Source: Eledone cirrhosa
Taxonomy: Eukaryota
DNA length: 64,000 nt
Direction of reading: 5' to 3'
Assembly: GCA_964016885.1 (NCBI GenBank)
Contig: OZ024743.1
Coordinates: 377,766,001 to 377,830,000 of the forward strand
Shown in pieces: positions 1 through 14,247 of this stretch; within the stretch, counting starts at the first letter, position 1; every line of letters starts with the position of its first letter. The notes beneath the pieces are model-generated. The model was given only the letters and a program-made list of their open reading frames with translations. It did not search any database and was not told the origin of the DNA. Both the position numbers and the translations under genes were made by a program.

Positions 1-740
1 TGCATGCTTCGTTCCTTTCCAGTCTGCATGCAATGCCCATGTCTCACTGCCATGTAACATTGCTGTTCGTATACAGGCATCATACAATTTGCCTTTCATT
101 TTTAGAGAGAAACCTTTTGTGGCCAACAGTGTTATAAGCTCTATAGACTTTTTCCATCCCGTTCTGACTCTGGCTACTGTACTTTCAGAACACCCTCCAC
201 CACTGCTGATTTCGTCACCCAGGAAGGTGTCCACTATTTCTATAGAACCATCTGGGCAATAGAAGGAGCTAGTATCCTGTGGGCACTTGCTACTTATTGC
301 ACCTGAACATCAGCCACATATAAAGTCTACGTTCTTAGATAGTTTGCCTGTGATCCCACTACATCTTTTATGTACCCATAATTTGCATTTGGGACGTAAA
401 ATGGAATTTCTGTCTACTCCTTTCCTACACACTGAGCAAGGCCATTTCCCTGAGGGCACCTGTGCCCTATTTTCCTTTCTACAAACTAGAACTTTAGTCT
501 TAAACAAGTTAACTTTAAGGTCTTTTGATTCTAGGCCATGCTTCCATGTTTGGAATTTCTTCTCTAGTTCAGCCATAGATTCAGCTATGAGAGTTAGATC
601 ATCTGCGTATAGGAGTTCCCATGTGCAGCCGGTCTTGAACTCCTCTGTTATAGCCTGAAGGGCAATAATAAATAGGAAGGGGCTAAGGACGGAGCCTTCT
701 TCACAATATTCATTGTTAATTCTAACCTTACTGACCTTAC
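1..740 (-). mobile_element. RTE-clade LINE fragment (RT with YADD plus PHD-like finger), internally deleted; same family as 53515-55850
   Basis: Minus-strand ORF 310-576 (ELEKKFQTWKHGLESK...KWPCSVCRKGV...WVHKRCSGI) is near-identical to the ORF at 54520-54798; runs off the window edge. Confidence 0.9.
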
Positions 741-912
741 TGATAGTATATATTATATTATTTATTATATATCAATTAATGATGATATTTATATATTATT
801 TACAATTTGCGTGTAGGCAGGTCTCTCTGGAAATAGGGTTGGAGGGCACTGAGGGTATTACATGGCCATGAGGGGGTGGTGGCCCAAAAAGTTTGAGAAC
901 TTCTGTTTTATA

Positions 913-1138
913 TTAACCCTTTAACATTTAAACCAGTGATATCTGGCCAGAATTCTCTCATCTCTTTCTGTTCAAACAAGCCCCAACAGGCCCCTTATAC
1001 CAATATTAAGGTATTGTTCTCAAAATAAATATCAAAATCTCGTAGATTCAATATTATGTGAGTTAATTATGTAAGATAAAACCTTTACTATGAAAATACA
1101 ATACTTTATATAGAGTAATGTAAATGCTAAAGGGTTAA
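913..1138. mobile_element. TTAA-flanked MITE (piggyBac-like), family 1; other copies near 19165-19335, 29779-29990, 39421-39500, 44447-44665, 59006-59220
   Basis: Termini TTAA|CCCTTTAACATTTA ... TAAATGCTAAAGGG|TTAA; internal sequence recurs in the window. Confidence 0.7.
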
Positions 1139-1744
1139 TACGAAAAAGAAAAATGAAATCCCTTTGCTTGATAAGAAATAAATGTTTTCTCAGGTACAAG
1201 ATTTTAAACAGTAAATGTTTTCACTTTCCTATATAAACAGAACAAAAAAACATTCATTTCATTCTATTATGAAAAACATTAAAGTGTTGTTTTTTTTAAA
1301 GAAGGTGCTTCGATAAGCTTGTATGATGTATAGGGAAAATAGTTTCGGTTTACGAACATTTTGAGTAAGGAAAAGCCTTCAGGAACAAATTAAGTTTGTG
1401 AACCGGTTCCACTGTGTTTTAAACCCACTAATTGCTTACAAAAAAAATAAAATATATAGATATAGATAATTATATATAAATGTGTGTATGTGTGTGTGTA
1501 AACCAGCGATCAAATCCACAAAGACGCTGGTCAGGAAACATGAACATCGCTGACAACGCAGGGAGAATCCCTTATGGTTATCTCCCAATCTGCTAGAAAT
1601 AGCAGTCAGATAGGTTAGCATACCTGGGATGTTTTTCTTCTCCTTTGATTTCATAAAACGAGTATCAATGAATCTTATTCTATTGCTGTACTTACTATTC
1701 CATTGTCAATTTTCGGTTTTGTATGATGCGAACATCTCTCTTAA

Positions 1745-2010
1745 GGCGCGTGGCCTAATGGTTATGATGCTTGCGGTACAATCATGTCATCAGTACAACT
1801 CCTGGACCGGCTGCTGTGTTGTGTTCTTGAGCAAAACACTTTATTTCACATCGCTCCAGTACACTCAGCTGAGAGTGAGTACCAGCAATAGCTGGGGAGT
1901 TAATCCTACGATAGACTGACGTCCTATCCAGGGAGAGTCTTGTACTCTCAGTCACTTAACACCAAGGAAGCCGGTGATAAACACTGGCCTGATGAGCCAT
2001 CGGTTTAGAA
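1745..2010 (+). mobile_element. tRNA-derived CORE-type SINE, diverged; related minus-strand copy at about 9665-9925
   Basis: Head GGCGCGTGGCCTAATGGTTA followed by the core TTGAGCAAAACACTTTATTTCACATCGCTCCAG. Confidence 0.7.
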
Positions 2011-2059
2011 CAGATTTTAACTTAACTTCACTAACCATAAGTCTAGCCGAAATCTTATA

Positions 2060-2435
2060 TATATTATTAACCATCTTGCCAACAACCCTGAGCACCTTTT
2101 TGAATTCCATGTCTAATACCCGTGAACACACTTACAAAATCAGAAAACAGTACAGCTCCCATGACTTTCAGAAACTTTTTCACACTCTGAGTTGCTGAAG
2201 CATGGAACAAACTACCTACTTCAGTTGTTAGCTGTCGGGACACTGCATCCTTCAAAACTTCCATGCTCCCCAAAATTCCCCAACACTAAACCTGATATTC
2301 CCCCTCCATACACACGCACGCATGTATGTGTGTGTCTGTGTGTCATGACATTTGTACATTATTCTATGTATTATACATGCACATTTGATGAGTTGCAGTG
2401 CACCTGAGCACTGTACATAATAATTTTCATAATTA
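2060..2435 (+). mobile_element. CR1-like LINE 3' end; other copies at about 45700-46026, 46300-46440 and 10575-10650
   Basis: Degenerate terminal peptide ...AEAWNKLPTSVVSCRDTASFKTS and shared 3' end GTGCACCTGAGCACTGTACACAATAA-(ATT)n. Confidence 0.65.
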
Positions 2436-2437
2436 TT

Positions 2438-2652
2438 GGATTGGCAGTATCGGTAGAGGGTCTGACGACATGCTTTGCAGCAAAGAGTTACGGCCCTTTA
2501 TAGTCCGAGTTCAAATCCCGCCGAGGTTAACTTTAACTTTCATCCTTACGAAGTCGATAAAATAAAGTACCAGTCACGCACTGGGGTCGATTTAATCGAC
2601 TTTACCCTCCCCTCAAATTACTGGCCTTGTGCCTATATAAGAAACAATTATT
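2438..2652 (+). mobile_element. tRNA-derived SINE family 2; other copies at about 4220-4350, 20100-20285(-), 26620-26808(-), 46525-46715(-), 60035-60225
   Basis: A box TGGCAGTATCGG, B box GAGTTCAAATC, conserved body TTTCATCCTTACG..GTCGATAAAATAAAGTACCAG, (ATT)n tail. Confidence 0.75.
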
Positions 2653-3279
2653 ATATGCTGTATTCTAGCATGAATATTTTTATTTATCAGTAGTAGAGGA
2701 AGACTGAGAAAAACCTCGACAGAGGCGGAGATAGTCTGTCCCAAAACGAAGGAACGCTACGAGTAGATGGGGGTCTGTGTTGGAAAAGACACGTCTAACC
2801 CATGCAGACATGGAAAAGAGAACGTTAAAATGAGCAGATAGGAAGGAGAAGGGGGAGGTTACGTCACCATACATATCATAAATTAGACAAATCAGGTGTT
2901 GAAAGAGAGAAAGAGAGTGAGCGTGTGATTATGTGAGTGTGTATGTAGTGTGTGCGTATGTGCGTGATTTATGAAATATTTGGCGGCTATTTGCAGCAAC
3001 TCCAATGAAAACTTTGAGATTGTCTCCCTTGTATATTTACGCATACTGTAGTTTTAGAAACCATTATGCTTTTAATGCGTTGCAAAATTTTCCCAGGGAG
3101 GATTCTACGTGAAGAGCATATAGTTAAGTGGGTGGAGAACTAATATTCTTAATGCAGTAAGTCAAATAGAAGGTTTAATCAATTAAATTAGTGCCGTAAT
3201 GAAAAAGGAAATTATCGATAATTTTGCTTCTTGATGGTGACAAGGGGAACAACTCCAAGGTTTAAGCGAATATAAATGC

Positions 3280-3560
3280 AATGTAGAGGAATCACAGAAG
3301 ACAGAGAAATGGAGAGCGACCATAAAAACAGCTGCAGCCAGTTTTGTGGAAGGCTGGAAGGTGGCAGCTGAAGACAATCATCAAAGAAGAAAGCTGTCCG
3401 TTACCCAAACACCAACTACCCAAGTACACACTTGCCCCAAGTGTACCAGAGCCTGTGAGTCCAGGATTGGCCTATTCAGCCACCTCAGGGTGTGCCACCG
3501 CTCAGAACAGGACAACAAATCTTCCCACTGATCTTCGCAAGCGAAGAATTCACCATTCGA
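3280..3560 (+). mobile_element. 3' end of a second RTE-type LINE with terminal C2H2 motif
   Basis: Peptide HTCPKCTRACESRIGLFSHLRVCH in ORF 3346-3531 matches the C-terminal CxxC-SRIGL-SH motif typical of RTE ORFs. Confidence 0.65.
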
Positions 3561-6431
3561 AAAGGGAAATTACAGCACAGTTGAATGTTTAAGTTCTCTT
3601 CTCAAACCGTGATTACCGTGATCGATCTCACGGAGTGGCATCATTGTCATTTTTTTTTTTTTTTTTTTTAGTTGTGTTTCTGTTACTAGTGAAATTGGGT
3701 ATATTGAAATTCAAATGTCTGTCCTTGTCACACTCTGTCACGCTGATTCGACGGCATGAGGATCACGTGAAGAGTACACACGTATCTGCGGAGTACTCAG
3801 CTACTATTTTCTTCTTCACCGTCTTATTCCTGAGAGGTTCGTGGGGGCAGAGTCCTCAAACACTCTTTCCAGCAGGTCATCTCAGAAGCAACCGTCTCCA
3901 ACTGATCCAGCTGGATCAGCTAAGCGAGACCAGCTAAGCTCATGGATGTTATTCAACCATCTTACTCAGGGTCAAACCCTGGGTCTCCTGCCAGCTGGTT
4001 TTTGTCCGTAATATCTGTCCATATATTTATTTATTATTTTTATATATTTTTTTTATTTATATATCTACACATTTTTTTATTTACCCACTATTAACCACGG
4101 TGGCAAAAGTATGCGTCCACAATCACCCATTACAGGTAACAATTTAGTCTTTAAATAGACATTTTATACTCTCTACCACCGTCATGAGACCCTTCTTAGT
4201 TTTTCATCGATCCCGGGTGGTGGATTGGCAGAATCGTTACAGATTCTGAAAAAAAATGCTTTGTGACATTTCTTTCGGCTCTTTACGCTCTACTTTCAAA
4301 TCCTGTTTAGGTCAACTTTGCTTCCTTCTTCCAGGGTCGATAAAATATATATTTTCCTTTCCTCTTTTTATTTTTTTTATTTATTACTTGTCTCACTAGC
4401 TCTTTTTGATTACCAACTGTAAGAAATACTCGATACTTCCCCTAGTCTGTCATGGTTTATTAACTCTATACGGACCTTTTTTTATTAAATAAATATAGTA
4501 CCAGTCAGTATTGAGGTTCATTTAATATACTTTTCCCTTCCCCCGACCCTCACCCTTAATTTGCTGCTCTTGTGCCTAAATTAGAAACCTCGAGGTCAAC
4601 TTTACCTTTCATCTTTCCTGGGTCAATAAAATAAAGTACCAGTCAACTTGCCCAAATTTCCTGGCCTTATGTCTGATTTAGAAATTAATTTTTCCTCAAT
4701 TCGAAGTTGTCTCCCTTGTTGTGAACGTAATGGTTCCTCCGTCGTTTTTGTTTTTTTTTTAGTGATAAGCCTCCAGTTGTTCGATCAATTACACTACTTA
4801 TTCAAGTGAGAAAAGTTTCGGCGTTCAAGAGTAACGGAAAACATAAGTTATACATTGTTACGTTTTATACTTTTTGTTTTAAACTTATTTAAAACATTTT
4901 TGGTATTTTCCGAGATATTTTCCTGTGTTGCTATATGACATGTGTTACTAAGGCCAAGCTGTCTTGTTTAGACACACAGTAAGTTGTAATACAGTTGACG
5001 TTACTTATAAATAACCTGTAGCTATTGAGTTTATCTTGCCGTTTAGTCACCATATAAACCTTATTTATATAAGTTTTATTTACAATTGTATAAATAACAT
5101 TACTAATGGGGAGGGGTTAAAGAAGGGCAGATCTGGCTGTAGGGGAAAGGATTATAAAAGCCAGAAATTAGAGGGAAAACAAGGACACTACGGCCACAAA
5201 AGAAAAGGAGGGAGAGGGTAATGGGCTCTGAGCTTAGGATGCAGCGGTGTTGGGACTGTGCCCCGCGGACAAAACAGCCAAAGTATTTCCGCGGACAATG
5301 GCCAGCGACACCCGCTGCAACAGCTACCCCCACTTTGCGAGGCTCCTTCCTTAGACGGGCTGCTGACGTTACTTATTATAGTCACAAATAATGTTATCAC
5401 CAGTTATTATTATAGTCACAAATAATGTTATCACCAGTTATTGTAATCAAAATGTGTTGGCCCTACATTCTTTATTTGCTTAATATAAAATTAGTGCCCA
5501 GACATATTTAACTAACGTTTTTATTTGAGGGATAGAGAGGGGAGAGAGGTAACAGACAAATAGATAAACAAACATGTTAGAAGTAGTAGCCAAATCTCCC
5601 TTAAATCGCACAACACTGTAAAAGACGGCGGAACACATTTAGCTAATGTAGTCTCCGAAAAGGCTCCATAAAAGTGGTTGATGGCTTTTGCTACCTAAAT
5701 AATCTGATTAGCCGTAGGGCTGGTTGCTCTAAAAACATAGTAGCTAGAATCGAACGAAAGGTTAGTTGTATGATGACTGCTAGCGAAGTTCGGTGTTGCG
5801 TGGAATTGAAATAGAGGCAGTTAATATAGAAGGTATGCGAAATAAAGTGAACATGCTTCGGTGGACGTGTGATGTTAATGTGCATGAAGGACAAAGAATG
5901 GATGAGCTGAAAGTGAAACAGAGTTTAAGGGCAACGGAGAAGACTGCACTGGTATGGCCATGTGCTGTGCATAGAGGGTAAATGATGAGTGAAGAAGTAC
6001 CAGAAGCACCCAGTGATGGAAAGTTGAAATAGAGGAAGGCCAAGCAAAATCTGCACAGAAGTGGTGATAGCAGATTTCAAAACGTTGGCCCTCACAGAGG
6101 AGACGACGAAAGAACAGACATAAAAAGGAGGTCGTTGATGTTGGTGATGATGATGACGATGACGATGATGATGACTATGACGATGACGACGATGGTGATG
6201 ATGACGGTGATGATGACGACGATGGTGATGATGATTCTACGATATACAATGTCTTAAAGGAAAGTGGAATGGGGTAGTTACGGATGGAATACCTTTTAGC
6301 ATATGTCTGCTTGGTCATGGCACACATAGGGCTAAACAACAACAATTATAGCAACAGCAAGGGAGTCGCTATGTATACCTCCATAACTATGACACCTGTA
6401 ATGTGAGTCCTTTACTCCGTTGCTTCATTTG

Positions 6432-6500
<69 letters not shown>

Positions 6501-6573
6501 TAAAAGTGGTGTAAAGTTCAAAAACAAAACAAAGGTTAGAGTAAATATTTTTTTTTTTCATATATGTATGTGC

Positions 6574-6622
<49 letters not shown>

Positions 6623-6623
<1 letters not shown>

Positions 6624-7210
6624 TAGCCGAATTACCCGCGTCTTGCTGCGTTTCACACATTTTTTTTTTTTTTTGTAAGAAAATGATGATTGATTTTAAA
6701 TAAGTGATATAATCTATGGAGAAAAACTCTGCATATCAATATATTTCAATGTAAAATGTAATGCATGAAAAATTGGAAAACATTATTTTTTGTAATATAT
6801 CAAATCAAAATTACGTTCTTATTCTTATTTCGCTTCTTGTAAATAATTTTTTTCAAAATATCAATTCAAAACTTTTGTGAATAAGCATCATGTCTTGTCA
6901 TTTACCTATGGTTTAAATTTCATATAAATCGAAGGAAAAAATTTTCAGCGGGAGTTTGTGCCGCCGGTGAACCCTTTGTTTAAAATGAAATATACTTATC
7001 CAAGTACCCTGGGCAATGTTGTTTCAGAATATATATGGTTATGGGGTCTATCTCCAAAACCATAGGAGGAATTCGTGAAATCTTGTTCCATTTATTGGCC
7101 AAAATATTCACTATAGGTGGTTTAATTAGGGTGTCTTAATAAAAACCATAGGAGGTGTTCGTGAACAAACAAACAAACAGACAGGAACTACAAGTTTATA
7201 TATATATAGA
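6623..7210 (-). mobile_element. Non-autonomous Helitron-like element; partial inverted copy at about 26820-27020
   Basis: On the minus strand reads A|TCTATATATA ... CGCGGGTAATTCGGCTAG|T (TC start, CTAG end, A/T insertion site); internal (AAAC)n. Confidence 0.6.
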
Positions 7211-7299
7211 TATAGAAACAATTATTATTGCTATTGTTATTCTTGTTCATATAGTTAATTATTTTTACATATATTTCATTACTGCACTAGGGCTTGATG

Positions 7300-8432
7300 A
7301 ACACAAGCACGAGGATATGGTCCGAACGTGGAAGAGCCGAACTCCCCCTGTCATCGCTTCCATCTCTCTCGCCCTCCCTATCTCTCCGTATAGTGAGCAA
7401 ATGGGGTCCCACATGCTGGCCTCCCCACAGCCCCGGCGGACAATGGTAAGAGAGATGCGCTGGAAGAGCCATTCCAACTCGCGAGGCTCACACCTGCGGC
7501 TGGCCAGCTCAGCGCCTATGATGGTGAGTAGTGAGGTAGCCCTAGGGCCAAGGGCACGACCACGAACCTGTCGGAGAGCGACCTATACTTGGAGAGTTTG
7601 GCCTTCTCGGCCCGACGTACAGCAAAACCCCGGTTAGTCGCAGACTGCACCAGGTTGCGGCTGGAGAAAGTGTCGCTGCAAGTGGCATCCCAAACGAGGG
7701 GTTTTCCACCGCGGAACGGGAAGATGGTCATGCCGTCTGACCTTTTGCCGTCTCCTCTCGGTCCAGCCCCACCGGCTCGAGCTGGGAGGGGAAGCCTGCA
7801 GCGTCCAAGCCATGCTTTTTGACCTCGTTGAGGGCAGCATGACGTGGAAGGCGGTCGGCACTGTGGCGACAAGAAAGCGGATGGAGGCAGAAAGAGTGCA
7901 CGGTTGATCCACAGCGACATTTGTGTGGCTCGCAGATCCCGAGGCCAAGCCTCAAGGAAAAGGCGATGCGCAGGCTATCGTTATCCAGCTGCGTGCCAGT
8001 GGAGAAGGAGGGCAAGCCACGGAGACAGGCACCACTGTGGCCAGGCTGCACTGGATGGCATCCCAAATGCTTTGGAGGGACTTGACGTCAGCAGGAGGAG
8101 GAGGAGAGATGTCTAATGGGCTAAGTCCCAGCCGGTCCCACGTCTCACAGGCGGCCTGACGCTCCCCAATCACAGAGGGTTCTATTGCGTTTTGGAGAAC
8201 CCTGCTGACGAGGGCGCGGCATGAGGTTACCGACGAAAGAAACGCTGGCAAAGCCAACGAGATCGGGGACCGGAGGCCAAGGCCACCATATCTGACAGGG
8301 AAAGTGGCCTGTTGCCATCCAATGTAGTTAAACCTGACGTTGCATATCTCCTCGGCTGTCGCCCGGATACAAGTATCGAGGTCAGCTAGGAGAGATGCGT
8401 GGCTGTAGCACGGAGCGCTGCGAAGGGTTGGC
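7300..8432 (-). mobile_element. CRE-clade (restriction-like endonuclease) non-LTR retrotransposon, 3' part, frameshifted
   Basis: WQQATFPVRYGGLGLRS, zinc knuckle HKCRCGSTVHSFCLHPLSC, RH..LNEV, and PD-D endonuclease KRSDGMTIFPFRGGKPLVWDAT...AEKAKLSKY. Further fragments at 17450-17630(-), 18270-18550(+), 19440-19680(-), 39555-40290(-), 56405-56740(+). Confidence 0.85.
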
Positions 8433-11400
8433 AAATCTTCTTCAAATCAATCCGTACTTCCTTCATAACAAAATGATTCTTTATGTAATGGCAGCAAATT
8501 GTCGAATTCATTAGAACGTCGGATAGAATGATTTGCAGTGTTCGTTCCGGCTCTCTGTACTCGCACAGATTAACTCTACCTTTCATCCTTTCAAGGTCGT
8601 TAAATATAATACCAGTTCTATAGTGGATGAGGGGGTCTTCCCTCTTTTTCTCCCCCTCCCTCAAGAAGAAGAACTGTGCTCAGTCCTGGACAGAGATCGA
8701 CTCCACCAGGTTTAAATTACCCAAATCAGACCGTATATCACGAGGGCATAATTACGACTCCATCAAAAGTTTAAAGTTTATGGATGGAGTTCTAGATATA
8801 ATTTTTTTTTAAAACTGGATAGTTATGTCTGGGAACGCCTTTGGTTATAGGAATCGATCCTTAGAATTTGACTGCTGCTTTATTTTATCGATCCACGGAA
8901 GTATTCAAAAGTAAAATCGACCTCTTCGATCTCTTGGCGTTAAATTACCTTAAATTATCTACTAGTTGTTGGATCGTTCAGCATGATAGAAATAGCAGTC
9001 AAATCTTCCTCAAACAACACCTTAATGTCTAATAAACGATAGGGCACAATAGCTAATGTTTTTATTAGAAAGAGAGGGAGAGATTCGTTAGAACTAAGGC
9101 TAATTTTGATACTAAGTTAAAAACTAAGACTATGTTCAATAGTTTAATACTAGGATAAAGTTTAATACTAAAACTTAGTTTAATACTGAGACAAAGTTGA
9201 ATAATAAGACTAAGTTTAATACTAGGACAAAGTTTAATACTAAAACTTAATTTAATACTAGGACTAAAATGAGTTTACTCAGATAGGTTTTTAATGAAGA
9301 AATAGAACTAAGGGAAACAACTCCTTGTAAATAAATGTATGACGTTGAATTCAATTTTTTGTTGTTGTTGTTTTTTTTCCTTATCAATCTTTGGTTAGCA
9401 ACAATAAGATTCAGTCTCGAAAAACATCTCATTTTGCAGTGACATCAAATGAATCAATGTTTTATATTAATGCAAAAAGGAAACGTGAAATCCCTTCGCT
9501 TGGTAAAAAAAAAATTACTCAGGTACGAGATTTTAAACAATAAATGTTTCACTTTATTAAGTGAATAGGGAAAACAAATTAATTTCATTCTATGTTAAAT
9601 GCTTATACAAGCTTGTATGATCGGCGGAATTTGAACTCATAGCGTAAAGTCTAAAAAAAAAAGTCTGTCTCGAGCTCGGAGGTTCAACAGGCAAGTGCTT
9701 ATCCCGGTTTCCGTGGCATGAAGCGACAGAGTACAAGACTCCCCACTGGACAGGACGCCAGTCCATCGCAGGGTTAAACCACCAGCTATTGCTGGTACTC
9801 ATTTTCAGCCGAGTATACTGGGGCAACGTGAAATGAAGTGTTTTGCTCAAGAACACAACACGCAACTCAATCCAGGAATTGAACCTACAACATTATGATC
9901 ATAAGTCCAACACCCTTACCACTAGCCGTGGCTAAATACCGCATGTCGTTTTGTCCAACCTTCTATCTCAATAATCAACGAACTACGTCCTGCGGGCCAA
10001 TGTATTCTGCAGGTTCTTTCCATGCGGAGTGCGGATTTCATTGAACATGTGATGTTGCATACAAAACTTCTTTCCCTTATCAATCTTTGCTTAGCAATAA
10101 TAAAATGTCAATATCGTACAAGAGGAAGGGTCCTTCGCTTAGTGGTAAATGAATTGCTGCTTACGTGCGAAATTTTAAACTGTAAACGTTTTCAATTTAT
10201 TAAATAAATGTGTATTATATTTTGTGTATGGTGAATGGTCGTTTTTGTTTTCACTTTCCTTTTTTGTGAATTATATTTTATATATTTTTGTGTAATCATA
10301 ATATTATTTATAAAACTGTGAATAAAATCTATCTAAATTATATATTTAAATGAATGTGGTGACAGACTAGTAATATAGTTATATGAATCATTGATTATCA
10401 GAAAGAAGGGAGTGACAAAAAAACATTTACATGTTTCATTCCCTATTGCAATATAATAGTTTCCATGAATTTACGATTCTCAGAAAGGAGTCACCATAAA
10501 ATGTTTACCTGACATAAATAGTTTTTTTTTTTTTGCTTTGTCACTACAAGATGTGCATTATTCTATGTACTATACATACACCTTTGACGAGTAGTAGTGC
10601 ACCTGAGCACTTTACACAATAATTTCATTATTATTATTATTATTATTATAAGATTTGCAGAGTCGTTAGAACTTAGGGTAGAATGCTTTGCGATATTCGT
10701 TCCGACTCTGCGTTTAAACAGCGCCGCGGTCAACTTGCCTTTCAATCCATTCGTTCGAGGTCGATAAAAAAAAGTACCAGTCCAGTACTGGAGTATCGAT
10801 TCTTCCTCTATATCAATCTCTCACTTCATCTCTCTCTCTCTCTTTCTTTTCGAAAAATAAATCGGCTGTGATCAGACCTGGAAAGAGGATGGGCTCCGCC
10901 AAGTTTTTAAAATGCCCAAAACACTCCATATGTCGCTGCGGTGCCCCTACGACTGTATCAGAAGTTACGGGTTTATATATACATATGTGTGTGTGTGTGT
11001 GGAGGGGGGGGGTAGATAGATTGACAGACAGACAGGCGGACATACAACAAGATATCGATCCGCTCTATTTACCAGCCTCTGACTTAACTAAATGTTGATT
11101 GCATTGAAGGGAGATAAGTGAGAACGCGAATGTTGAAAAACTCTCCTGTGTTATTAGAAATAATTGTTAAAATGTCTGAACCGCATTAGATATATTTTTT
11201 CTCTTCTCGTCTAAACAAAAAAAAAATACAACGGAACATTCTACAATACTAAAACATTTATCACTCTGTGCAGAAACATTTTTTTATCTACTCTGAATAT
11301 ATATATATATATATTTTATTATTCCTAAAAAGACTCTAAATGTAAGTAAGAACTACAAATTAAGCCTTACATCATGTTCATGAATCTGTTAATTGTTTGA

Positions 11401-11783
11401 ATTAACTTATTTTTACGCCAAATATCAATATATTCTCTCTCTATTTTACTTTATATAAATCAATATTTTAACATTTTCAGTTATCAAATTAATTTCCTCA
11501 TAAACTTTTTTTAATCTCTCTATTAATTAATCTTACTTGTTCTATGTGACTAAAATTATTGTTTGTTAAAGATAAATGTTTAACAATTTCACTAACTACT
11601 TGATTATATTTAAATTATAATTATTAATTGACTAGTTTAGCTATTATAGTTTGGTTTTTATTGTTTTCTAATATCTGAAATAGATGAGGCAGTTTCGTTT
11701 TGTTCGGCTTGAAAAATAGTTTGTAACAGCAATGTGAATATAGATTCAGAATGGTCTAGATTAGAAGATAATGGCCTAGTTCC

Positions 11784-11822
<39 letters not shown>

Positions 11823-11861
11823 AGTGTGTGTGTGTATGTATGTATATAGACATATATTGAC

Positions 11862-11909
<48 letters not shown>

Positions 11910-11929
11910 ATGTATATAGACATATTGAC

Positions 11930-11965
<36 letters not shown>

Positions 11966-12220
11966 GTGTATGTACATATACATACATATTGACATGTATA
12001 TATACATATACATATTTATATATGCTTTATTAACAAAAGAAAATTGCTCTGATTACCATAACCCAAATCTTCTCTCTGGCTAAATTAACCGTGTGTGGTA
12101 TTTACGATAATTCTACTTTTAATATATGTAAGATACATGCCTAATCTTAAGAATATTTGTAAACATTTTTGGCTATATTAAATCGCTGTTTTCAAGTCGT
12201 ATTGTTTAAATCAATGATCA

Positions 12221-12309
<89 letters not shown>

Positions 12310-12310
<1 letters not shown>

Positions 12311-12518
12311 TATAAAGAGTTGGGCCCCGACGACTGAGCTCTTGCCGTTTCAATAGCTAGTTCCAGACAGAGTTCCACTTTGGAACTAGCTGTTGAAACG
12401 GGAAGAGCTCAGCCGTCGGGGTCCCGACTCTTTACAATATAACCATACTCTACTACCCCAAGTATCGAATACTCTGTTGAGTAATGGTCTAACCAGTTTC
12501 AAACTGATTCCATCCTGA
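12310..12518 (+). mobile_element. Short fold-back element A in (TA)n: about 55-bp inverted arms, 3' half hammerhead and tail; probable Penelope-like derivative
   Basis: 12310-12365 is the reverse complement of 12381-12436; right arm contains GAAAC-GG-gaaGAGCTCag-CC-GTC-GGGG. Confidence 0.6.
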
Positions 12519-13804
12519 TATATATATTTAGTCCAGAAATAGCCGTCGAAACGGCTTGAGCTCTGCCGTCGGGGTTAAACATTTTCCTATATATATATAG
12601 AGAGAGAGAGACGTTAAATCTCAACTGTGGAACAGAGAATCTTTATAGAGAAAGAGGGAGAAATGTAACTACTAAAACATGTATGCGATACTTTAAAACT
12701 AATATAGATGTCCATTACATGTGTTCTTGGCCGTTGGGCTTCCTTGTAGTGAAATATGTATATGTATATATTCTTTTATATTGAAAAATCTTTCATTTTC
12801 GAAGTCGAAATAATAGTTTATTGTGTGTATGATTTTTTAATCCCTTCTACCCAGTTAACATTAAACGAGTCAATTTTCTCGTCAAATTATTTAACATGTT
12901 TCTTCGATCTTTAATCGAATTGTTTGAATCATTTCCTTCTCGGAATATGAAAATGAAAATATCTGGTCTGATTCATCTCGTATATTCCGATCATATATAC
13001 ACACACACGTGTGTGTGTGTGTGTGTTTTTTTTACGTCGACTTTTTCATGTCATGAGTTTTTACACCAAACCGCTGATGATCCGCAGAGATACAGTGTGC
13101 CTATTCTAAAGCAATACTGTGTATAATTTTCGTTTAGTTTTTTTATTTGGACTACCTTTTATTTTATTTCTATCCTTTGTGACCCTGTCTCTATTTTTGT
13201 ACTCCTGAAGAAGGGCTAAAGCCCGATACGTCGAACTTTCTTTCCTCTTTTCCATTTAAAGAGTGATTGTACCTCTGTTATGTCGTCTCCTTGAACTATA
13301 ACATATATATATATACTCACGACACGGCTGAGTCACACTAAACATGACTCCAGCAAGTCGAACGAGATAGTTTCAACTTCTTATTTTTGTGATTGATTGG
13401 CATAGATCCTCTATCTTTCTAAACCACTACAAATTATCCTTTTACACACTAATATTTTTCAGTACATGGTACATTAAATCGATGACGGTGGAGCAGAGGG
13501 TTGAGTAAAGTGATATATAGATTCCCAAATATTTTCTTAACCCTACAAATAATTGATTAATCATCGATCATTTATTTTCCAATCCATAACCGTAGTTCAC
13601 CGCGTTCTAATAGACCTGTCTTTCACACACAACCCTAGTTAACTACTGGTTGCACCTTTTTTTATATAGGTATACGTGTGTATGTATAAATATACCGTGT
13701 ATACTTGTGTACACGTCGCAATTTGAAAATACAATGTACGACTTATCAACTGGACCTACAAAACCTCAATTCAAACTGATGTACCTTATACACGTGTGTG
13801 TGTG

Positions 13805-13835
<31 letters not shown>

Positions 13836-14206
13836 CTTCTGAGATGTACTGCCGTAACCTTTTTGTTTAGCTTCTGGTCAGGCGTGTGATCAAAGACCTT
13901 CCAGCCATGACTGTTAAAGTTATTTAGGAACGATTAAGGATTATATGGCTAAAACTACGTTATCAAACGTATCCTTCGCCTTTTTTTTAAAAGACTATGT
14001 GATATTATTTGGGGGAGATTTGGCTGCTTTTTCTAACATGTCGAGTATCTTGTTAGCTCGTAATTCCATAATTGTATTGCTCAATTCTCGACATAAGCAA
14101 AACACGTGACCCTCTATCTAATTCTCTGTTGTAAACCGGTGTTACGTGTTTGGGTTGCTAATGACTTTATTAACATTTATTAAATGTTTGTTTTATAAGT
14201 TTGTGT

Positions 14207-14247
<41 letters not shown>

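Noticed and set aside
11330-11790. AT-rich stretch between TA tracts that might be a decayed ORF or an exon
   Set aside because: No recognisable protein motif or convincing splice pair in any frame I checked
11658-12083. Overlapping ORFs rich in YI/CV/HT repeats (also 6412, 15403, 38051, 47204, 56881-57614)
   Set aside because: Translations of (TA)n, (TG)n and (CA)n microsatellites
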